Shown here in pieces: positions 57,227 to 64,000 of a stretch of 64,000 nucleotides of DNA (the first letter of the stretch is position 1; each line of letters begins with the position of its first letter). The translations under genes and the position numbers were made by a program. The notes beneath the pieces were generated by a model that was given only the letters and a program-made list of their open reading frames with translations, did not search any database and was not told the DNA's origin. Source of the stretch: Candidatus Babeliales bacterium (GTDB lineage: Bacteria > Babelota > Babeliae > Babelales > JANWKD01); assembly GCA_963722075.1 (NCBI GenBank), contig CAVRJM010000001.1, positions 224,001 to 288,000 of the forward strand, read 5' to 3'.

Positions 57227-57628
57227 ATGATTTATGGTAAGAAAATGCTATTTTTAATTTTTATTTTAACATTGAACATGCAAATATATCCAATGATTCC
57301 GGATACTAACGTGACTATAGTGAATAAAAGCAAAGATCCGGTAACGGTGTACTTACATAGTGTGCCCAGGACATGTTATCCTGCTAAAAGAACTATTCGG
57401 TTTGATTTACCCGGGGCAACCATGTACTCTTTAGGTACAGTAACTAAGCCAGTAGGAACTACCTGCACCTATTCTAATGCTGATTTTTATCATAATGAAA
57501 ATCATTGGGGTAGTTCTGACATTCAACCGCGAGCCTATGTTCCGAGTGCTGATGGTGCTGCCAAATTGTGGATAAATAACTCAGAGGGTGGCAAATGGGG
57601 GATAGGAATAACTAAATTGAATCCATAA
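57227..57628 (+). CDS. Small secreted beta-rich protein (paralog of 56706..57101)
   Basis: GAGGAG RBS; signal; CTYSNADFY, LWIN, WGIGI. Confidence 0.75.
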   Translation: MIYGKKMLFLIFILTLNMQIYPMIPDTNVTIVNKSKDPVTVYLHSVPRTCYPAKRTIRFDLPGATMYSLGTVTKPVGTTCTYSNADFYHNENHWGSSDIQPRAYVPSADGAAKLWINNSEGGKWGIGITKLNP

Positions 57629-57722
57629 TTAGTAAATATATTCGCTTCGCCTCTCTTAATTGCTAAAAAAACTGATTTTGGCACACTATATACTATATTA
57701 AAACGTTAATATAGGAGCATAT

Positions 57723-58319
57723 ATGGCCAAAATTACCATGGAACTCATTCAACAGCTGCGTGATAGAACCGGCGTTGGCATGATGGATTGTAAAAAAGCA
57801 TTAACTGAAACTGATGGTGACCTAGAAAAAGCGGTCGAGTTATTGCGTAAAAAAGGTGCAGCTATAGCGGCAAAAAGATCCGCTAATGTAACGGTAGAAG
57901 GATTGGTACATGCGTATATACATCCCGGTAGCCAAGTAGGGGTTTTGCTTGAGATTAATTGCGAAACTGATTTTGTTGCACGTACAGATGCTTTGAAACA
58001 ATTTGCTGCTGATATTTGTTTGCATATTGCTGCAATGAAGCCTTTATATATTTCTCCTGAATCGGTTGATACTACGTTGCTTGAAAAAGAACGCGCTATT
58101 TTTAAAGAACAATTAGCTGCATCAGGTAAACCGGAAAAAATTATAGATCAAATTGTTGAAGGTAAAATTGCTAAATTTTACACCGAAGTCTGTTTATTAC
58201 AACAACCATTTGTAAAAAACGATAAAATTACCGTAGATGATGTTTTGAAGGATATTATTGCAAAATTAGGTGAAAATATAAAAATTAAGAAATTTGCCCG
58301 TTTTGAAATTGGCAACTAA
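57723..58319 (+). CDS. tsf: Elongation factor Ts (short form)
   Basis: LRDRTGVGMMDCKKAL, EINCETDFVA. Confidence 0.97.
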   Translation: MAKITMELIQQLRDRTGVGMMDCKKALTETDGDLEKAVELLRKKGAAIAAKRSANVTVEGLVHAYIHPGSQVGVLLEINCETDFVARTDALKQFAADICLHIAAMKPLYISPESVDTTLLEKERAIFKEQLAASGKPEKIIDQIVEGKIAKFYTEVCLLQQPFVKNDKITVDDVLKDIIAKLGENIKIKKFARFEIGN

Positions 58320-58338
58320 TGGTTGATAGGTCCTTTTA

Positions 58339-59046
58339 ATGAATATAAGAAAAACTATCTTATTAAAATTGACCGGTGAAATTTTACCTGTAAATGCTCA
58401 GCATCAGATTGATGGCGTCTATCTGCGCTCTATAGCACAGCAAATTCAACAACTTAATCAAACGCATTATTTTGGCATTGTTATTGGTGGTGGGAACTTT
58501 TTTCGGGGTAATAAACAAGGCGCTCATTTGGGCTTATCACCCAGCGTTGGTCACCAAATAGGGATGCTTGCAACCATGATGAATGGGTTAATTGTAAAAG
58601 ACATCTTAGAACAAGAAGGTGTTCGATCAACACTTTTTTCGGCAATACCTTCATCTGAAATAGCAGTGCCCATATCACAGCAGGCTATAAAAAATGCTAT
58701 GGGGAATGGTGAATGTGCAATTTTTGCCGGCGGTACCGGAAACCCTTTTTTTACTACTGATACAAATGCTATCTTACGAGCGTTACAAATGCGAGCAGAT
58801 TGTGTGTGGAAAGGAACTAATGTGGATGGTATCTTTTCTGCTGATCCTCGTAAAGATCCTCAAGCGCATTTCTTAAAGCGTGTAACCTATCAAGAAGCCC
58901 TTAATAATAATTTAAAGATTCTTGATGCAACTGCTTTTGTTCTTGCTAAAGAACAAGGATTAAAAATTCGTGTTTTTAATATATTCAAGAAGGATGCGCT
59001 TATTAATGCAGCACACCAACAGGATATGGGAAGTATTGTAGAATGA
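58339..59046 (+). CDS. pyrH: Uridylate kinase
   Basis: LLKLTGE, GGGNFFRG, GTGNPFFTTD. Confidence 0.96.
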   Translation: MNIRKTILLKLTGEILPVNAQHQIDGVYLRSIAQQIQQLNQTHYFGIVIGGGNFFRGNKQGAHLGLSPSVGHQIGMLATMMNGLIVKDILEQEGVRSTLFSAIPSSEIAVPISQQAIKNAMGNGECAIFAGGTGNPFFTTDTNAILRALQMRADCVWKGTNVDGIFSADPRKDPQAHFLKRVTYQEALNNNLKILDATAFVLAKEQGLKIRVFNIFKKDALINAAHQQDMGSIVE

Positions 59047-59083
59047 TGGTTATTATGAAATATAAATTAAAGGATTATTAACG

Positions 59084-59668
59084 ATGATTAATTTAAAATT
59101 AACTGATAATAATTTAAAAGAATTTGAACAATCAGTTACCGCCGAAATGGATAAATCACTTAAACATTTTGAGCGAGAATTGATTACTATTCGTACGGGG
59201 CGTGCACATCCTGCTATGGTAGAAGCACTGAAAGTTGCTTGTTATGGCACCGTAAAAAATTTAAAAGAGATAGCACTAATAACAGCGCCAGAACCAAAGA
59301 TGATTGTTATTGAGCCTTGGGATAAAAGTTTAATTCCTGATATTGAAAAAGCGATTGGCAATTCTGATTTAGGAATTACGCCGTTTAATGATGGTAATTT
59401 AATTAGATTACGCTTGCCTGAAATCTCAACTTCACGTCGTGATGAGTTAGTTAAAGTGCTTCATAAAAAGCTCGAAGATGCTCGTATTGCAGTTCGTAAT
59501 GTACGAAAAGATTACCATAATCTCGTAAGAGATACTGAAAAAACTAAAAAGATTTCAGAAGATCATACCCGTAGACTTAATGATACGTTGCAAAAAATAA
59601 CGGATAAGTTTATTGGTATTGTTGAACAGATGGCACAGAAAAAAGAAAACGAGATTAAAACGGTGTAA
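59084..59668 (+). CDS. frr: Ribosome recycling factor
   Basis: IRTGRA, EPWDK, ARIAVRNVR. Confidence 0.96.
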   Translation: MINLKLTDNNLKEFEQSVTAEMDKSLKHFERELITIRTGRAHPAMVEALKVACYGTVKNLKEIALITAPEPKMIVIEPWDKSLIPDIEKAIGNSDLGITPFNDGNLIRLRLPEISTSRRDELVKVLHKKLEDARIAVRNVRKDYHNLVRDTEKTKKISEDHTRRLNDTLQKITDKFIGIVEQMAQKKENEIKTV

Positions 59669-59719
59669 AACATCTTCCCTTTCTTAATTGTTGTGCTAAA
59701 CTTGCAATAGAATTTGACA

Positions 59720-59795
59720 GGGCCGCTAGCTCAATTGGTAGAGCGACAGACTCTTAATCTGCAGGTTATTGGTTCGATTCCAATGCGGCCCACCA
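59720..59795 (+). tRNA. tRNA-Lys(CTT)
   Basis: GGGCCGC...CAGA-CT-CTT-AA-TCTG...GGTTCGATTCC...GCGGCCCACCA, 76 nt. Confidence 0.95.
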
Positions 59796-59827
59796 GGCAT
59801 TTCTGAAGGAAATGACTGGCAGGCCAG
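59793..59827. repeat. tRNA-3'-linked palindrome (copy 2) plus CAGGCCAG
   Basis: CCAGGCATTTCTGAAGGAAATGACTGG-CAGGCCAG. Confidence 0.85.
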
Positions 59828-59977
59828 CTTTTTAAATGAAGTTGACATTATTAGTACAATGAAAAGCGCAAGACTATTTGGCATAGCTTGCTGCAACAAA
59901 GAAGTTGATATTTTCAAAATAAAAAATTGAATTATCTTATGAAGCAGAGTAAAATTATACAATTACCAAATTGATAA

Positions 59978-60064
59978 GCAAGAGTGGCGGAATTGGTAGA
60001 CGCGCTGGACTTAGGATCCAGTTCCCGAAAGGGAGTGGGGGTTCGAGTCCCTTCTCTTGCACCA
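59978..60064 (+). tRNA. tRNA-Leu(TAG)
   Basis: GCAAGAG...CTGGA-CT-TAG-GA-TCCAG, long variable arm, GGTTCGAGTCC...CTCTTGCACCA. Confidence 0.95.
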
Positions 60065-60096
60065 GTCATTTCCCTCGGAAATGCCTGGCAGGCCAG
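60062..60096. repeat. tRNA-3'-linked palindrome (copy 3) plus CAGGCCAG
   Basis: CCAGTCATTTCCCTCGGAAATGCCTGG-CAGGCCAG. Confidence 0.85.
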
Positions 60097-60193
60097 TTAA
60101 AAGATAATGGCGATGATTGGAAATTGATACACTGAAGCGATACATTCTGCCAGAGCTTGAAAAGCTATGGAGGAATAAAAAAGGAGAGAGTCG

Positions 60194-61498
60194 GTGAGTC
60201 GAAGCAATACGGGTGCAATTCAACTGCATCTCGATCACATCCAACCAAATTATGCAAAAGTAGTAGTAATTGTTCCCAAACACTATGTTTCAACCTTATA
60301 CAAGCGCGCATCGTTAGCGCAAAAAAATGAAATCTTTACGTATGGATTTCCAAAAGGTGCTACGCCGTTATCGTATATTGAACAAAATTACAAAGCGACC
60401 TTACTTGATCATGTAAAAGAATTTCTTTTCAAATATTTTGTTATGAGTTCCCTATACCAAGAGCTATTAACGCAAAAAGTTCGTATTGCAGGAGAACCAC
60501 GATTACATGATATCATTTTAACTGCTGAAGAAGATGCCCAGTATCATTTTGAACTATCGTTGACGGTGCCCATGGATTTAAGCCGATGGAAAATGTTATT
60601 ATTTAAAGCACCAAAGCGCAAAAATTATAAAGATATTGATCGGCAAGTAGAATCATTTATCAAAGAAGAGCAAAATAATTTAAAAAAATATCAAACCGAT
60701 GCGGTAGAAATTGGCGATTGGGTTTGTTTCTTCATCAGTTTAACTGATGAGGAAAACCAAGCTATTTTAGGCGATTATCAGGAGATGTTATGGTTAAAAA
60801 TTGGTAGTGAAGAGGCAGATATTCCATTTCAAGAACTATTTATTGGTAGAAAAAAGGGTGAATCTTTTTATAGCGCTGAAAAATGTTTGCAGGATTATTT
60901 CACCAGTTCACTAAATAGTAATTATCAGTTTCTGATTGAGATTAAAGATATTGTTCATCATGGTTTTTTCTCGATCGATCATTTGAAACATCATTTTAAA
61001 TTGCGCTCTAATAAAGAGGTTCATCAAAAGTTAATTGAAATCTTTTCGTATCGAAATGATCTTTCATTGCGACGAGCAATGGCAGAAGAATCATTAAAAT
61101 TATTAATTTCAAAGCACCCCTTTGATGTACCTAATTATTTAGTGTTACGGCAACAAAAAATAGTTTTAGAAGCAGTAAGCACTAATCCTGATTATCATGT
61201 ATATAAAACGCAACCGAATTTTAAAGAAAATATACGTCAATTAGCAATCAAGCAAGCAAAAGAAATGTTGCTTATTGACCAATTGATTCATGAAGAAAAT
61301 ATTGCTCTTTCGCAAACAGATTTTTTGGGATATCTTAACTTAGTTAAACGCCCGCGCACTAAAGAATTTGTGTACTTTAATTTACCAAATAGTAAGGTTG
61401 ATGGGCAGGAATTTCCGCTTTCATCAGTAATTTTAGGGCAATGCTGTTTACGTGAAAAAACGTTGAATCATATAATTTACGTATTAACAAAAAAATGA
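60194..61498 (+). CDS. tig: Divergent trigger factor-like protein
   Basis: GFPKGATP resembling the GFRxGxxP ribosome-binding loop; AVEIGDWV, PFDVP; about 430 aa; follows tRNA-Leu. Confidence 0.75.
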   Translation: MSRSNTGAIQLHLDHIQPNYAKVVVIVPKHYVSTLYKRASLAQKNEIFTYGFPKGATPLSYIEQNYKATLLDHVKEFLFKYFVMSSLYQELLTQKVRIAGEPRLHDIILTAEEDAQYHFELSLTVPMDLSRWKMLLFKAPKRKNYKDIDRQVESFIKEEQNNLKKYQTDAVEIGDWVCFFISLTDEENQAILGDYQEMLWLKIGSEEADIPFQELFIGRKKGESFYSAEKCLQDYFTSSLNSNYQFLIEIKDIVHHGFFSIDHLKHHFKLRSNKEVHQKLIEIFSYRNDLSLRRAMAEESLKLLISKHPFDVPNYLVLRQQKIVLEAVSTNPDYHVYKTQPNFKENIRQLAIKQAKEMLLIDQLIHEENIALSQTDFLGYLNLVKRPRTKEFVYFNLPNSKVDGQEFPLSSVILGQCCLREKTLNHIIYVLTKK

Positions 61499-62430
61499 AT
61501 AAAAATACTATCGCACCATTAATAATAATAGGGTCAGGACCAGCGGGGTTAACAGCGGCTATTTATGCAGCGCGTGCTAATTTAAATCCCATTATTGTTG
61601 AAGGAAAAGATCCAGGTGGCCAATTGATGGGAACTACTTATGTGGAAAATTGGCCTGGGAATCGATCAATTTTAGGCCCGCAACTGATGATGAATATGAG
61701 AGATCATGCCAAAGATTTAGGAACCCAGATTATTTCTGGTATGGTTACTAAAGTAGATTTTTCCCAAAAGCCGTTTACGCTAACGCTTTCCGATGATACC
61801 GTTATGAAAAGCCATTGCGTTATTATTGCCACCGGTGCTACCGCTAAACGATTAGGATGCCCGGGTGAAGATACCTATTGGGGCAAAGGAGTTACTACCT
61901 GTGCTGTTTGCGATGGCGCTTTTTACAAAGATCAGCCCGTAATAATTGTCGGTGGTGGCGATACGGCAATGGAAGATGCTTCTTTTATGACCAATTTTAC
62001 CGATAAAATTACGCTTGTTCATATTCTAGGTACATTAACCGCCTCGGCAGCTATGCAAGAGCGGATAATCAATAATCCTAAAATAAAGATTATATATAAT
62101 AGCACCGTTGTTGAAATGCTGGGGAATAATAAGCATGTGACGGGAGCAATTATTGAAAATCAGCAAACAAAAAAACGTGAGCAGTTTGAAACGAGTGCTG
62201 TTTTTGTTGCCGTTGGCTTAAACCCAAATACACAGCTCTATAAAGGGCAGCTTGAATTAGAAAAGAATGGTTATTTAAAGCTTAGTAATCATACGCATAC
62301 GTCAATACCGGGTGTTTTTGGCGCTGGCGATGTTGCTGATTATCGGTATCGACAAGCAATTACTTCTGCCGGAGCAGGGTGTATGGCTGCATTAGATGCA
62401 GAAAAATATATTAAAGAACAGGTACGCTGA
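61495..62430 (+). CDS. trxB: Thioredoxin reductase
   Basis: GSGPAG, GGQL, CAVCDG, GGGDTA, YRQAITSAG. Confidence 0.97.
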   Translation: MNKNTIAPLIIIGSGPAGLTAAIYAARANLNPIIVEGKDPGGQLMGTTYVENWPGNRSILGPQLMMNMRDHAKDLGTQIISGMVTKVDFSQKPFTLTLSDDTVMKSHCVIIATGATAKRLGCPGEDTYWGKGVTTCAVCDGAFYKDQPVIIVGGGDTAMEDASFMTNFTDKITLVHILGTLTASAAMQERIINNPKIKIIYNSTVVEMLGNNKHVTGAIIENQQTKKREQFETSAVFVAVGLNPNTQLYKGQLELEKNGYLKLSNHTHTSIPGVFGAGDVADYRYRQAITSAGAGCMAALDAEKYIKEQVR

Positions 62431-62481
62431 TTATTTTTTATATAAGTAGTTCAAATAATTGCTCAAGCTAGCCAATATCTC

Positions 62482-63069
62482 TTAATTGTTGCTCTTTTTT
62501 TCTTCTAAATGTTGAAGGATTTCTTCTAGGGGTATATTCTTATTATTGAGTGACGTATCATTTTCTTTAGTATTTTCTTCAGTTTCATATAAATAGTAGG
62601 GAAAACCAATTATTTGGTGGTTTCTTTTGCAATAGGGCTTCACCAATTCTATGTTTTCTTGCGTAAAGAGTTCGGCGACTCGCTCTTTTATACGCAACTC
62701 TTGATATGCTATCATCACTTCATACAAAAGCTGGTCAGTAGGTATAGATTGTTTACAATTTTTATATTCTTCTTTTATATATTCGGTGATAGATTTTCCT
62801 CTACCATTTGGAGAATGAGTGGGTAAAGCCCAGTCGGTAATAAGAGTAAAAGCATTTTGGGTTACGGGTAAGCGCAGATAGAGAACTGAAGTAGGATCAT
62901 ATTCTTCAGGAGGAGGTTCTTTAATGTACAGTGCGCTCTTTAATTTATTGAAAGGTAGCGGGTGGGTGTATTCAGCGACAACTTCATCCTCAATATAAAC
63001 ACGATACATACCCTGATTAACTGTTGGGAAAAAGATTATAAAAAATAAAAATAATAAGTATTTATTCAT
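62482..63069 (-). CDS. Secreted protein, possibly Skp1/BTB-like
   Basis: Signal NQG|MY; LRLPVTQNAFTLITDW and LLYEVMIAYQELRI recall Skp1/BTB helices; TTGACA-N16-TAAAAT upstream. Confidence 0.6.
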   Translation of the reverse strand: MNKYLLFLFFIIFFPTVNQGMYRVYIEDEVVAEYTHPLPFNKLKSALYIKEPPPEEYDPTSVLYLRLPVTQNAFTLITDWALPTHSPNGRGKSITEYIKEEYKNCKQSIPTDQLLYEVMIAYQELRIKERVAELFTQENIELVKPYCKRNHQIIGFPYYLYETEENTKENDTSLNNKNIPLEEILQHLEEKKSNN

Positions 63070-63170
63070 GTAATTGCTTTTTTAATTATCAAATAATATA
63101 TAATTAATTTTATATAAAATTAACAAATTGTCAAATCAAATATTGCTTGATCGTAATTATTAAAAGTAAG

Positions 63171-63713
63171 TTAAAGTTTGCAATTGAGCCATTTATCAAC
63201 CATGCGTAGTACAGAAGGTCCTTGGGTGGGGAACAGTTCCTTATTATTGCTAAACCATCTTAATTCTTTTGATTCATGATTTTTAATAAATTCTTCTTGA
63301 GGGGTGCGCAGTAAAAATCTAATATCATAATGATAATGTGCAGGCTCATCTTTACGGGCGGGAATCAAATGAATATCGATATCAAATATCTCCATTGAAA
63401 CAGGGATAATGGTAGTTATCCCTGTTTCTTCTTGTACTTCTTTAATGGCAACTTCAAGTGGATTGTTGTTACCATCACAATGACCACCCGGTTGTAGCCA
63501 GCGATTTAATTTTGCATGATGCATTAGAAGCACTTTACTATGATCTTTATTTAATAATAAAGCAGAAGCAGTTAGATGACCAATTGCCAATGAGCGCTCA
63601 AAGCATGACGGATTATTCTCAATAAATTGAATAATACGGTGTTTATATTGTTGCTCTTCTATTGTAGGAGGAATATAGATATTAAGTAGTGATAGTAAAT
63701 GGTTGCGATGCAT
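63171..63713 (-). CDS. NUDIX hydrolase
   Basis: GHLTASA, WLQPGGHCDG...AIKEVQEETG, HYDIRF. Confidence 0.92.
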   Translation of the reverse strand: MHRNHLLSLLNIYIPPTIEEQQYKHRIIQFIENNPSCFERSLAIGHLTASALLLNKDHSKVLLMHHAKLNRWLQPGGHCDGNNNPLEVAIKEVQEETGITTIIPVSMEIFDIDIHLIPARKDEPAHYHYDIRFLLRTPQEEFIKNHESKELRWFSNNKELFPTQGPSVLRMVDKWLNCKL

Positions 63714-63729
63714 CGTTAAATCCGTTTTC

Positions 63730-64000
63730 TTATTTTTTTAGTAAACTTTTTATATATGATACAAATTCATATATATCTTCAGCGGTAGTATCAAAAGAGG
63801 TCATCCATCGTACTTGCGATGTCGCCTCATCCCATATATAAAAATTATATTTTTCTTGTAATTGTGCAATAAGTTGTTTATCAAGGCGGGCAAAGACGGC
63901 GTTTGCTTGTACCGGATGCGTTATGGTGATTTCAGGAATATGAGCTAACTCTTTGGCGAGTAATTGTGCCATTGCATTGGCATGCGTTGCATTAGAATAC
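63730..64000 (-). CDS. ltaE: C-terminal part of a low-specificity threonine aldolase (runs off the window)
   Basis: NATHANAMAQLL, PVQANAVF, VRWMTSFDTT. Confidence 0.85.
   Translation of the reverse strand, partial: YSNATHANAMAQLLAKELAHIPEITITHPVQANAVFARLDKQLIAQLQEKYNFYIWDEATSQVRWMTSFDTTAEDIYEFVSYIKSLLKK

Noticed and set aside
59746..59762. A27-C43 mismatch in the tRNA-Lys anticodon stem
   Set aside because: A single terminal mismatch is tolerated in many tRNAs and is not enough to call a pseudogene or editing
59720..60200. tRNAs as prophage or island attachment sites
   Set aside because: No duplicated tRNA 3' end or integrase in the window; the flanking genes are housekeeping

Overview
AT-rich bacterial chromosome segment. 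Two tandem TLC-family nucleotide translocases, many signal-peptide orphans with eukaryote-like domains (C2H2 zinc finger, ankyrin, Skp1/BTB, LRR) and a scattered housekeeping gene order suggest an intracellular parasite of protists, most plausibly Candidatus Dependentiae (Babelota/TM6). That placement is inference; no search was run. Housekeeping genes: recJ, cmk, lon, rpsB, dnaX, der, hpf, dsbD-like, cca, tolQRAB-like, ftsH, rpmB, rpsT, lepA, grpE, ssb, pgsA-like, mnmA, tsf-pyrH-frr, tig-like, trxB. There are also three tRNAs, SRP RNA, one intact IS701-like element and two families of palindromic repeats. Most notable observations: (1) 15 exported orphan or effector-like proteins have a Met exactly at the predicted signal-peptidase +1 position, always followed by a bulky residue, suggesting an undescribed effector export or maturation code; (2) secreted C2H2 zinc-finger proteins with NLS, acidic and LxxLL motifs are candidate nucleomodulins; (3) a conserved 27-nt hairpin begins with, and sequesters, the CCA end of all three tRNAs; (4) FtsH has two complete AAA modules; (5) LepA carries mitochondrial GUF1-type signatures; (6) tolA is split at a U_UUU_UUA site and the TolB N-terminus is encoded by a palindromic repeat.
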